From Psammoneis japonica (lineage: Eukaryota): DNA of 64,000 nt. Location of the stretch: assembly GCA_008632985.1 (NCBI GenBank), contig QPGO01000087.1:1-64000 (forward strand). Direction: 5' to 3'. The position numbers were made by a program, and so were the translations under genes. The notes below the pieces were generated by a model. It did not search any database. It was not told the DNA's origin and saw nothing but the letters and a program-made list of their open reading frames with translations. This document shows positions 11,377-23,912 of the stretch, piece after piece; position 1 is the stretch's first letter; each line of letters opens with the position of its first letter.

Positions 11377-12189
11377 GCTTTGACCAAATCACAGCGTGTG
11401 TGACAAACAAATGACAAAAAATCCAGCTTCCAAATGCTGCAGCACCTTTGCCCAGCAACGCCAGCACAATCTGGCTCTGCTTTTCCACAGCTCACTGGCC
11501 AGCATGGCAGAAGGGAAAAAGTTTGGCAACACAGACAGCTGGCCAGATGACGGCGTGGGTGCCGTGAAGCATGGCACACCTTGAAGGCTGCTGCTCACCC
11601 TCAGCTCTGGGCCTGTTCCAGCTCCAGGTGATCTGCTTTTCATCACATGAGAGGCCAATTTTCTGCGCAGTTTAGCACAATTGACTCCTTCAATTTTGAT
11701 CATTTCGAAAATCGAAAGGTGAGTGTGCACCCGAAAATGCACGCAAAGTGCACACTCGCCCTTCGATTTGGCAAAAAACGGATTTGGAAAAAGTCAATTG
11801 CGCCAAATGCACAAATTGCCAAATGATGGAAATTGAACCCACGCGGAGCACCTGGAGCTGGAACAGGCCTCTGCCACAGCAATCCAACTCTGACTTTTTT
11901 CAGCCAAGCAAGCCCCACGTTCTTCTCAGCCAAGTTTGCAGCATCAGCAGTGCTGCGTGATCTTTTCAGCAGAGGATGCTCTTGGTGCTCCCTTTTGTTG
12001 CTGACAGCAGTTGACTCTGCCTCCATGAGACAATGTCAAGCAGATGATTGTGCCGCTGGCATGCAGCGCTTTGGTTGGGATCTTTCCACAGCTCCTGCCA
12101 GCTCTCCCAAATGACCGAGTGGAGCTTGATTTGTGCCAGCCAGTCAGAGGGTCTTTTTTTGTTCTCAGACTGGTGAGCACAATTGCTGC

Positions 12190-12800
12190 CGAAAAAGACC
12201 TGAGCTGACCAAATGAGCCAATTGGATCACTTTTCAAAAGTCAAAAAATGACCATTGAAAAACTGATGCCAGCCTGTGTCATTCTGGGCATCCCACAAAG
12301 ACTGGAGCCAGCAATCTGTCTCATCCAAACAAACCATCTCCCCCCACTGAACCAAGCTTGCACACAGGGAAGATGACAGAAGCCAAAATGTCAGAGACGA
12401 GGAGGTGTTGAACCCAGTTTGTTGCAACAGCCCTGCAAACCTTGCAAGAACTTCCAGCACAAAGAAGATTCACCAGCCAGGCATGAAAGAATGTGGTCTC
12501 TGTGTTTTGTCAGAGACTCACAAGACAAGCAACAACGGCGGGGCCAGACTGGGTTGCATTGACCTGCAGCCAGCAACCTCATTGGTTGGGAGCAAGTCAC
12601 AAGCCATCTTCACAGTGCTGGCATGATGCAAACCTTCCAGCCCATGACATCCACAATGTCAGGCCACCATCAATTGTTGTGTTCCAACACATGCTTCAGT
12701 GGGGGGGGGGGGGGGGGGGGTTGGTGGCTGCACTGCAGATCTGTTTCTTAAAGTTTGGTGCAATTGCCTCATTGTGTCCAGTGACAAGCAGAACAAACAA
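12190..12800 (-). mobile_element. Non-LTR (LINE-like) retrotransposon C-terminal remnant
   Basis: CLSCESLTKHRDHILSC (CCHC-like) followed by LWDAQNDTGWHQFFNG, resembling the C..C....H...C / Q..IGW....G tail of diatom LINE ORF2. Confidence 0.5.
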
Positions 12801-13361
12801 ATGATGGCACTGCCAACAATCTGCCAGCAGCAGCCTCCTTGGACCTTCAGCTTGTTGCTCTGTTTGGGAAGAGATCTGGAGTCAGGGGCTTGGTGAGAAA
12901 ATTGGCCTGTTCACAAGTGGGCTGGGCGCCCACCTTGTTGACCATGAGGACATGACAAACTTGTTGCCGTGGGGGCATTAGAGCATGCGTTGTGGTGATC
13001 TAGACCTCCTTTCTCGTGGCCATGTTTCTTCCTTGCATTTGAAAATTCTGTGGTTTCAAACCTTGACAGTTGTGTGTGTTGTGATGACATGTCAGCTGTT
13101 GCAGTCAAGCATTTTTGTGCCATGAGGTCTGACCCCCCCAGTCCCATGAGGAAACCATGCTTCACAGTGAAACAGCCACCCATTTTCCCTGTGAGAGTGC
13201 CCACCCTCTGTCCCTGCAAAACCTGCAAATTAAAATCATTTGCATTGCAAATGTTCCATTTTGTTGTTTGCATTTAATTTGGATGATGCTGGCGGAAACA
13301 ACAACACGCCAGTTTGCAGCAGCTGCTGCAGCTCTCTTTCTTGAAGTGCCACTGCTGGCAG

Positions 13362-13825
13362 CCACCTTGTTTGTTGCCAAAAAGTGCAGAGCATGTTGTG
13401 AGAGCACAATGTGGATGAAGCAACACAACCAATGGGAACGGCAAAATGAGCTCACCGGTGCATCCGGCGCCGCTGGTTCTGGAGCAGGTGAGTTTGCAGC
13501 AGGAGCTGCTGTTCCATGATTTGAACTGCTGTTGCTCTTGTCCACCTTGTTCACCGCCACAAAGTGCAGAACATGTTGCGAGAGCATGGCATGGATGAGC
13601 CAACACAACCCACAGGAACGGCAACATGGACTTGCCAGAGCATCTGATGCCACTGATTGGAGCAGGTGAGTTTGCAGCTCAAGTGCTGTTGCTCTAATCC
13701 ACCTTGTTCATTGCCAAAAAGTGCAGAGCACATTGTGAGAGCACAACATGGATGAACCAACATGACCAATGGGAGTGGCAAAATGGGCTTGTCGGTGCAT
13801 CTGGCACCGCTGATTCTGGAGCAAC
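13362..13825. repeat. Three diverged ~160-180-bp tandem units
   Basis: ccaccttgtt...aagtgcaga...ggagca units starting at ~13362, ~13542 and ~13699. Confidence 0.8.
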
Positions 13826-14163
13826 ATGGGCACCAGTGTGCGGTGCATGACATTGAGCACCCAGTTCCACCCCTGTGACTAAAAGAAAACACAGAAAGAA
13901 AGAATGTGAGCAAGCAAAAAACATCTCAAGGGCCACAGAATTTACTTGATGCAATGGCTGTGGGAACAAGCACTGCCTGCATCTGCACCACACTGCACAA
14001 GGCGCCACATGAACAACAAAGTCATGCAGCAATGACCAAGTTTGTCCCGCACCTCCCATGCTGCACATGGTTTGTTGATGACACATTTGGAGCATGGACC
14101 AGAAACAGCAGAGAAACAACTCAGGCAACCTCCATTGGGTCTCCTCCCCACTCTCTGCCTCTG

Positions 14164-14520
14164 CAGTCTTTCTGGATCTGGACAAAAATTGGAGAAGACG
14201 GGTGAAACATCAGCGAACATGTCAAAAACCAATGAACCTCTTTTGTGCACACCTTGTTTGAACAGTGTTGTTTGTGGCACATGCACCATTTCACACGAGT
14301 GATTCTGAGAGCTGTGGGAACAAGCGCCACCTGCAGACCTTCTGGATCTGGACACAGAAATTGGAGAAGACAGATGCATTGTCAGCGAATGCACAAAAAA
14401 ACCCAATGAACCTCTTTTTGCACATGCCTTGTTTGAAGAGTGTCATTTGTGGCAACTTGTGATGATTCTGGATGCAAAACTCTGACTTGTTGTGATTCTG
14501 GATGCAAAACTCTGACACGT
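14164..14520. repeat. ~170-bp duplication plus a ~31-bp duplication
   Basis: tctggatctggaca...aattggagaagac...aatgaacctctttt occurs twice; tgattctggatgcaaaactctgac occurs twice. Confidence 0.75.
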
Positions 14521-15382
14521 GCAATCATGCCAACGCTGCAGAAAAGCTTGTGATGTGCATGCACACAACAACATGCCAGAGCATGGCATTCTGGATGACG
14601 ATGATTCTGGGATGCAGTGGATTCGTGACAGCACACTCGCGTTCACAAAACTCAAGTGACACCCCAATCAAAACCCATCTTGACCAACCAAAGGGGGGGG
14701 CTCACCACAAATTGAGCTGTTGTCATTGGCCAATGGGGCAAAGTCTTTCACAGCCATGGCTGGTTGCTGATTTGCAGATTTGCAGCCACACATGGAATCC
14801 ACATGAAGTCACAACAGCACACGCTCTCATTTTTTTTTATTTTTGGGGAGGGGGTGTGCTGGTGTGAAGTGTGTGGAAAAATGTGCATGTAAAAAAGTGC
14901 TGAAAACACCACAGACCAATGGCTGCACAAATCTGGGAAGCAGCAAAGAGAAATTTAAAATGAGGGTGGGTCATGGGCGTGCGTGAAGCAGACTGCAAGC
15001 ATGCAAAGACACAGGCACATGAGAGTGGGGAGGACAAAGTTAAAACAAGTTCAAATTGATTGCCATTAAAACCAAACCATGCATCACAAAAAATGAATTT
15101 CTGTCCCAGCTAAATTGAAAATTGCGCGCACTTGATTGAAGCTTGTGCAAGAAAAGCCAATGAGACATCAGATGAAAAGCACAAAACAGCTGCATTTTGT
15201 TGAGCACTTTTGCTGGCATTTTTCAAATTCTGCTTGTTGACAATTTTGACAATGCACATTAAAAAATTAACAAAGGAAAGTGGGGAGACCACTGTGTTGC
15301 AGCCTCTGATGGGCAGAGCCAGCACACCACTTGATGAGTGGGTGCATTTGGCACAGCTGGCAGTGCACAGTGTGGCTGGTTG

Positions 15383-15498
15383 CCAGGTGGAGCACACCTG
15401 GGTTGTCTTCAAACATTTGTGCATGAGCAGAGGTCCTGGTTGCCCGGTGGAGCACACCTTGGTTGTCTTCAAACATTTGTGCATGAGCAGAGGTCCTG
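15383..15498. repeat. 60-bp tandem duplication
   Basis: ggtggagcacacct.ggttgtcttcaaacatttgtgcatgagcagaggtcctg twice at 60-bp spacing. Confidence 0.85.
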
Positions 15499-18089
15499 AA
15501 GGAACACACACATCCTGACCAACAAGACTTCTGGAAGCAAGTGTTTTTTTTCAAATGCAAAAGTGCGCAAAGCATGTGAGGAGGCAGGAGGAGCTTGCCA
15601 CTTGGGCAGCTTCAAGGGTTCTTGAGCACAAATGAGCTGACTGAAGATGCAACTTCCATGCCTGATGCCAGCATGAGATTGCACAGAGTTGTCCAAACCC
15701 AATTCCCCCAATCAAAGAGAGCTGCCAAGCCAGCATCAACCTGCCAGCCAAGACCTGACAAGCTCATGGGAAATGAGAACATGATGTCTTGGCTGGTGGC
15801 AAGTTCTCTTGAGGCACATCAAAAACCAGAGTCTTGGCAGCAGCCGCACAGGGTCATTTGGGGCTCAGGTTGAGCCTTGCAATGTGGCTGGTGGCAAGAA
15901 ACAGGTCAGGGCAAGTGTGCTGGTTCACAAACAGCATGACAACATTCTGGCAAAACTCCAACAATCATCTTGCATTGGTCTTCTTTTGAGGTCACTGTGG
16001 CTGCCAAGAGCCTCTTGATTGAGTCATGACCTGGCTGGGGAGCAAATTTGGCTCAGAAATGATCTGCTGGCAAGCAGCAAACTGCCACTTGGCCAGGCAA
16101 TCTTTGCAAAACTGTGCCAACTGAAATTGTGAGCTGTCCAAGGAAAATCTGGCAACTGCCGAGAAAGGCTGTTCTCTCAAACACCTGTGCTGGCAGCAAG
16201 GAGGACAGCCATTTCCACAACAAGCAACCTGGCACTGATGAAGAAAAGCTCCTGGGCACAACTCGCAGTGAGCAAGGTTTAACCAAAGAGTCAACCACAC
16301 TGCATCAACCCAGCCAAGCATTGTCTTGAGTTTGCATGCATGTGCCTGCACTGTTTTTGTTGGTTTTGGCTGGTGTGTGTTTCTTTTCATTGCTTTGCTC
16401 ACTCCCAGCTCATTTGGCTGATGGCCTCTGATGCTCTCAAAAAGTCAATTTGTTGTTTCACTTGCCAGCCAAGCAGCATCATGGTTGGTCTCCTGAGTGA
16501 AAGAGCAGAGGGTGGGGAACCATGTCAATGAGAAAAAGAGTGTTCCTGGTCTGCATTGTGACATCACAAGTTCCCTCTGCAAACTGCTGAACTTGGCACC
16601 CACCATGCTGCATTGCCAGGGCTGAAATTGTCAAACAAGTCACCATTTTGGGGAGGTGTTGTAGAGCAACAATGAAGAAGACACTGACTTGTGCATGGAG
16701 GAATGGCAGCAGTGACCAGTGGATTGCAGCAGCAGCAGGAAGGTTTGGCAGATCCAGCTGCGCCATCATCTGTTGCTGTGGGCCTTGTTGAATGGGTCAA
16801 ATCCAGACATCTGCTGACCCAAACAGAGCCAATTGTCACCCAGTTGGATGCTTGTTCTTTTCTGAGCTGGGTCCCAAAGAACAGAAATGTGACTGTGATT
16901 GCTGCCAGAAAGTCAGTTGGGGCCATTGAGCACAAGGCTCACAACACCTGCAGCACAAACAAAAATTTGGCTGTCACACAGGAGCTCACACAAGAGTGTG
17001 CCCCTGTGCAAGGGGGGCTCTCATCCAAAATGAGGCTCATTGCTCTGCAACAGAAGGTGCCAACAAAGCTGCCAGATGCATTGGTTGATGGCTCTCTTGG
17101 CTGTCAGTGCCAATTTTGATGCAGAAGGCTGAGGGATCAAATCTGCACCAGTCTCTTGCTGGTTTTCCCATGCTCTGTTTTTGTGGTGGCAACTCATTGT
17201 GTAAAAACATTCAAAGAGTTGTCATCCCTTGTTTCAGACAAGCTGAGACATTTCTTCCATTGTCAAACAAAAGAGAGAACAAATTGTGCCATGGAAAACA
17301 GAAACTTTGCTCTTTGTCTGTTCCCTTTTTCTTTGACTGCTTTTGCCTGGAGTGCACCAGCCAGGGTTGGAACAAATGACCAGCATCAGCATCTTTGTGA
17401 CCCCCTCATTTTCACATGCTGATCTTGTGCTTGGGGCCTCATTTCTTCTCCAGCACTGAACCAAACAAGATGGGCCCAGGTGACAAGCCGCCTCAAGCAC
17501 AAACACAACACCCCAAACAAAGTTGGGCAAGTGCCCTCTCCAGTGGTGAGGCCATGATTGCACAGAATTGTCAGGAGCTCAAAACACAAAGAAAGCCTGA
17601 CCTGTGCTGGTGGCAAGCACCACCCCACTGCACAACATTGTTGGTGAGGCACAGCCAGCATGTGACAAAGGAGTGGCCAGAACACCAGGATGATCATGGT
17701 GGCAGCAATGCACAAACAAGCACAGTGGCCAAATGTCAGAGTGTTGCAGCCGTCTTGCCAGCTGGCACACATTTGGCCTCACCAACCCTGAACTCACCGT
17801 GTGGCTTGACTTGCTGCCATGTCAACCAGGTGCAGAAGCTAAAAAGTGAGCATGAGACCTGCAACCCAAACCAAGTTGCAAATGTCTGTTCACCACATTG
17901 TCCACAGTTGTCAGTTTGTCTTTTCACTGCAATTTTGTCGGTCTGTTCCATGAAAACTGCCTCTGACCCAAATGTTCCAATGCAGTCCTTTGCATGGGCC
18001 ATCAATTGACTGCACTTGTGTGCATCAAGCACAGGAGGATGACACTTGGAATCCATGTCACCCATGATCTGCATCATCTGACTCTGCTT

Positions 18090-19100
18090 GCAAACAATGT
18101 TGTCAGGGCAATGCTTTCTCACATGCCCAACCTTGTCAAATTTCTGGCACTTTGTCTGTTGCTTCTCAATCTGCACAAAACTTGCACCCTCAGGTTTCTT
18201 GTTGGCCCTGCAGGTGTCCAACACCTGCAGTGCCTCCTCAGCCAAATTGGGGCAATTTGTCACCCCCCATGTGAGCTGCCGATGCAGGTCTTTCAAGACA
18301 AGCCAATGTTCTCTGGCACCTTCCATTGGCATCACCACTGACAACTTGTTTTCTTTCTCCATTCTGGGCATCATTGGCATCCTTGCTGAGCCCATCTTCT
18401 TTCTTCTTGACAATTCCTTCCTGGATGATCCTGCCACAGGACATTTCTGCCACCTCAGCAAACAATGCTCATGAACCAGGTGCAACAATCTCAAAGCACC
18501 TCTCCTTCATCTTGATGAATGAGTGCAAACTGCTTCCAAGCCTTGCCTGCCTGGGGACATGTGGGCTTGTCTTCTCATTGCATCAAACAAGATCAACTTG
18601 AAAACTTCCGGCAGTGCTGCCATGCCCACTCCTTCACAACTCTTGCAAACTCCATCACTCTTTTGTTCTTGTGACAAAGGCCTTTGCACATTGCCCCACA
18701 ATTGTGATAAATGCCCTCACCTTCTGCCTCTTGTAGACCCCATTCTGTTTTACACAGTGATTGCCTTGCTTGTCCCAGATTGCCTTTTCCTTCTCCAACA
18801 TGGTGCACCCCAACAGATGATGATGCTCTGGCTCTTTTAGCATGCTGTGCTCTCCTGCTGCCTCAGAGAGGCCAGCAGCACCTGCATCTCTTGTCCAAAC
18901 ATTTTTCTGACATGCTTGCCAATCTTCCTCATGGTTTCCGTGTGACCACCTGCCTGCTGCCCCAACTCCGCAATGGCTTCTTGCACCAACTCCTTCTTTC
19001 GTGCTTCTGCACTCAGCTGTGTGTCCTTGCCCACATTTTCTGGGACTTGTGTTGGAGTGTCATGGACTGCCAACAGCCACACACTCAGTCTTGCCAACCC
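18090..19100 (-). mobile_element. Decayed Copia gag remnant
   Basis: TIVGQCAK; LKDLHRQLTWGVTNCPNLAEEALQVLDTC (consensus L..DL...G...YP.T..EA..LL..Y); degenerate zinc knuckle CQKFDKVGHVRKHCP. Confidence 0.65.
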
Positions 19101-19238
19101 TGACACAACCTTGCCACACCCTCTTTCAGCAGACTGTTGGCAGCTTCTTTGACAGCAAGGCCCTTCAGAGACTGCTGTTTCTTTGCCCTCGTCCAGCCAG
19201 CTTGTTTGCCACAATCCACCAACACAAGATGCACCTTT

Positions 19239-19322
19239 GGATTCCTGACAACTTCCCAGCCTGTGTTCCTGGATTCCTGACAACTTCCCAGCCTCTTTTC
19301 CTGGATTCCTGATGATTTTCCA
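19239..19322. repeat. 31-bp tandem repeat, ~3 units
   Basis: ggattcctgacaacttcccagcct repeated. Confidence 0.75.
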
Positions 19323-20261
19323 GACTTTTCCTTTGAACGACATAAAGCGCAGCGACTTTTTGGCTTCTGTGTTGGAGCACCGCTGCTTGCCACGAACCAT
19401 CAGTGCACGTTTAGTTTCACCAACCCCAAACTCACAGTGTGGCTTTCAAACACATTCCTGATGCTGTCAACTGCTGTTTCCATGCCAGCTGGGTGCAGAC
19501 ACTGAAAAGCGAGCACAAGACCCGCCACCCCAAACCGAAGCACAAATTCACCACGTCGTCCACAATCGTCAGCGCATCTTGCACTGCAGCTTTGTCTGTC
19601 TGTCCTCCCATGAAAACTGCCTTTGACTCCAATGTTCCAACACCAAAGCAATCACAGCACTGGCTCTCAAGCAATTGCTTGCCAAGCTGTGTGGCGCAGG
19701 TTGGAGAGTCGAGCTCAACACATTGCTTGTTCTCTCACTCTGGTGAAAGAGCTGAGTTCACATCACTTTTGATTGCATCCACAGCAACAAGCATCACGTC
19801 ATGATGGTGCAAGGCTTTAACAATGTTGGGTCCACGTCTTTGGGCAACAAATGCTGCAAAGCACGCCGCAGACATGGTGTCTCGCCTCTTTTCAGTGAGG
19901 GAAGCCGGGAATGGAGTGGGGGGTGATTAATGATTCTGTTCTGCGGGCTCTTTTTATATAAATCCTCAACGAAGTGTAAAAATTTGTATTCGCCAAATGA
20001 ATTAGTGTCCAAAACTGTCGCATTGATAATGGCTGGTGTTCGTGGACCGTTAGGACGGGACTCGTGTAGTCCGTGGTAGTATTCTACGTAATTTACACCC
20101 CAGTCTTGGATTGGCGACAGCAACGTCTTCACACAATTTGAGTACCGGCTATTTTACCCCACCTTCAACCTGCTTTTCCCATCACAAAGCACAAACAAGA
20201 GAAAACATACCGAATCAGCCAAGATAGCAACATTGTGAACGACTACTACTGTGTAAACAAA

Positions 20262-21552
20262 ATGGTGGTTGCGATGAGAAATCGAGCCTTTCTTCTATGC
20301 TGTTGCATCGTGTTTGGGAGTTGCAAGGGATGCAAGGGAGACAATCTTTTCTATCGAATTGGATGCGTCGTGCGCCACCGGCACGAAGAATGCCCGGGAG
20401 AACTAGATGTGGATTCTCCTACTGCCTCGCCGACTGCTGGTAAGGGGTCTTATGTTAAGCACATGGAAACAAACTTTGTTGGAGCTTGAAACCGACTATT
20501 CGCTGTTGAATGAAGCATTTGTAGTGTGCTCGTTCTTTGGTGAAAAACGCACGAGTCATTCAATCGTTCATGTTGTGACTTCAATCTTATCAAATTTGAT
20601 CATCCGTTTCTCTCATTACAGACACCGAACTCGACGTTACACCTTCACCGACTCGAATGCCAACTCTTTCACCAACTCTATCACCAACTCTATCGCCAAC
20701 TTCTCCACCGTCTTCGTCGCCATCTACCGTACCAACTCTTTCACCGACTAATTCACCCACGACAGCGTCACCCACGACAGCGTCGCCGACACTAGCGCCA
20801 ACTTTAATGTGTGAGGTGGATAGTCTAACGGGCGAATTTGGGACTACGACGGGCTCATTTGTAGTTGTGGACTATGCCTATGAGTTGGGGATACAAGAGG
20901 GGGGAGAAACGGTTCAAGTTATAGTGCCTCCATTGGAGAATGAATTCAACAATTACATTTTGCCCAACTTGTTTGGTTCTGTTTGCAATGAGCGCCGAAA
21001 TCTTCGTACAGTACGTCGACTTGCTCCAACCGGAGTGAGTCCTTTACCGACAGATTCGCCACTAATAGATGGTACGTGAATGTGAATTCTCTTTCCAACA
21101 ATCTTGACAAGGAGCTTACCCGCATTGCTCTTTTGCTCCGATTTCTTCTAGTCGAATGTGGAGAGCAATACGGAGACGAAACTTGTACATGTAGAGTAAT
21201 GAAGGGAGGTATTACGGTTTTTGTGGACGGAGACTCAAGCGGAGTCAAAGAGGCTGTTCGTGCGGCATTGAAGGAGGGCATGGACAATAGCAAGTTTGAT
21301 GATGCGCACGAGAGCATTTGCCACGTTTCCTATGTGGAGCTTGCTTCCATCCCGGACTCGCAGAAACCTGCTGAAGTTGACACGGAGGATAATCCTCAAA
21401 TTGGAGATGAGGGAAACGGAGCGCTCGTTTGGGGAATCATAGCCGGTACTGCAACATTGTTGGTGGCCGGCATGGCTGTCGTGTGGCGAAGAAGGCGCAA
21501 GAAGGGTGAAGAAGACTCTGCTCTAAGCACAGAAGCACCAGGCGTCGAATGA
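20262..21552 (+). CDS. Type I membrane/cell-surface protein with Pro/Thr/Ser linker (3 exons)
   Basis: Exons 20262-20439, 20622-21071 and 21152-21552 joined by phase-1 GT-AG introns. Signal-like N-terminus, PTLSPT repeats, RRL motif, C-terminal TM helix followed by RRRRKK. Confidence 0.8.
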
Positions 21553-21959
21553 ATGGAGTAGACCTCGGTTCGAACAAGTATAAACAGTGAACAAGCAACA
21601 CCATGATGTGATATAAAGGATAAAGTACACAATGATTATTGCGTTTTGAAGCGTGGAGTGCAGTTGTCTAGCACACAACAACATCCAACGTATCGGCCTT
21701 CAAGATTAAGTCTAATGCTGTTGTATTGTTCTTGGTATTCAGGCGACATCACTGGGCGATTCCATGTTGTCTGCAGCCTCCACATCACATCGGGATTAGC
21801 AGTGTCTTCACTTGCCACCCGTAGTGTTTCCCATTCCGTTTTCAGGTTGGTGGACTCATCTCCATTGCTTCGTACGGGCACTGCAATTTCGATGCGCCAA
21901 ACATTTGAAATAATAGGGCGGTTTGCATTGAAACACCACGTGTGACGTCTGGCACAACG

Positions 21960-23877
21960 GCTGCGGGTGGAATGTCAATCTGTTCGTTGCTCTACGCCAT
22001 CCAAACTTCAATCTGGAAAGCAGCACTTTTGATGACATGTTTCACCCTTGGTGACAAATCCCGTGAACTGCACTACAGTCAGTTGGGTAGGTGTGGCACA
22101 TTGACAATTGTGACAGCACCATTGTCACAGTTGTCTGCTTGCAAAGGATTTGGGAAACCTGTCACCACTTTCAGCGTCGTCCTTTTGGAGTTAAAAGTGC
22201 ATCTCACCCCATGACACTGTGGTGACTGGTGTCATCATGGCCATGGTCTTGCCTTTGACATTGGCTGCAAATGGATTGGCTGCAGATTTCCTTCTTGACA
22301 AAATGTCAGACCACCGTTGCCCAGCCAACTTAACCAACCACCAACCCAGCAGCATCAGAGTGGTGAACCCCAATGTTTTCCACTGCTTTCTCTATTTTGA
22401 AAATTTCTCCAACCACATTTTGGGTTCAGTTTGAGGCAGATGTGTTGATGAATCACAGCAAGAGACTTTCTGTTGCACAGCCAAGTGGGCAATCTGTTTG
22501 ATTAGATGTCACCTGGTGAATGACAGCACCGAGCAACAATGCACTTCCTGAACATCCATCTGTCCCAAGTGTTGATGCCAAGGACAATCAGGCAATGTGT
22601 TGATGAATCACAGCAAAAGACTTTCTGTTGCACAGCCAAGTGGGCAATCTGTTTGATTGGAGGATGTCACCTGGTGAATGACAGCACCAAGCAACAATGC
22701 ACTTCCTGAACATCCATCTGTCCCAAGTGTTGATGCCAAGGACAATCAGGCCAAAGGCCTTGTTGTTGCTTGCAGTTGTCAAGTTTTTGAAGCTTGACCT
22801 TGCTTGCAGCTTTTTGACAGCCATCCTTTCCCACCAGCACAACAGAGAGGAAGAGCTGTACAAAGCATGCATGGGCATCAATGTCTCCCCAACCTTGGGA
22901 CATTTCACAGAGGCTTGTTGGCATGTGCAGTGCATTGGAGGAGAGGAGCCCTCCTCAGCTCCTCCAGCAACCTTCTCCCAGTGACCTTCCTCTGTGATCT
23001 GCACAAAGATGATGGCAGCACAGTCACAACAAAACAGAGACTTGCTGAAGAAGGGCTTTTTGTTCCATTTCTCTTGTGGCACTGCTTCTTTTTGTGGCAA
23101 CAATTGGCTGGTCCTTGTCTCTGGTCAACTCACATGCAGAGACATCTGGGGAACTTTCCTTTCAGTGGCTGCAGCTCTTGCTTGCAGCTGTTGTGCACAA
23201 ACATCTGCCACAATGCACCATTTGGTGTGCACTGGGGGATTGATGAGCTTCACCTTTCTGAACAGTGTGCACTTGGTTGACACAGCTCTCAATCATTGCC
23301 TTGCCCCCAACTGCTTGTTCTTGTGATGTTCTTGAAATGATTTCTCTTTTCTTCTTGTCAGAGGAGCTCAAACCCAATGCTCAAAGACAGCACAGGGCTC
23401 AATGCACTCTTTCAACAGATGCCTGCAAAGATGAGGAGCTTGCAAGTTCAACCTGCTTTCTCTTTTCCAACATCAGGTGGTGGCAACACATTGGCCACAG
23501 CATTGCAAGGACTCTCTGTGTTTTGTGTTGCTGCTGACACAGCCAGCTGCTGCTCGTCCTCCTCTCATCATTGTCATCTCCTGACAACTGGCCATTGCAA
23601 GCATGGCTTGAAGTGTTGGCAGCAGCAACAGCAGCAGCTGCCATCATTGCTCAAGGGACCCCACACTTCTCTGTGGCAGCCCCCCACACCTTCTCCCTTC
23701 CACTGCTTGCACGGCTGCATTGCTGGCATGGCTGCTGCACATCTTTTGTTGCACGCTGATCTGCTGCCACTGACTGCCATGTGTGTTGACAGCATGCATC
23801 TGTTGTGGGTCAGCTTGCAGCCAAGCTTTGGCCACACTGTTGTGCAGGAGGCAGACTTTTGAGTGCGCACTCCACAT

Positions 23878-23912
<35 letters not shown>

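Larger units (their letters stand above)
11377..19920. repeat. Large TpA/CpG-depleted block of nested decayed transposon fragments (continues 7790-8095)
   Basis: Near absence of TA and CG. Contains LINE-like and Copia-like remnants and local duplications. Confidence 0.8.

Noticed and set aside
12700..12720. Poly-G run as a G-quadruplex element
   Set aside because: Simple homopolymer in decayed repeat DNA; length unreliable.
16690..18010. Plus-strand Copia protease/integrase remnant
   Set aside because: Only faint resemblance (QLDACS, EPNKMGPGDK); too degenerate to call by eye.
11389..19800. Dozens of Cys/His-rich ORFs as real metal-binding proteins
   Set aside because: They overlap in all frames, lack Tyr and result from loss of TAA/TAG.
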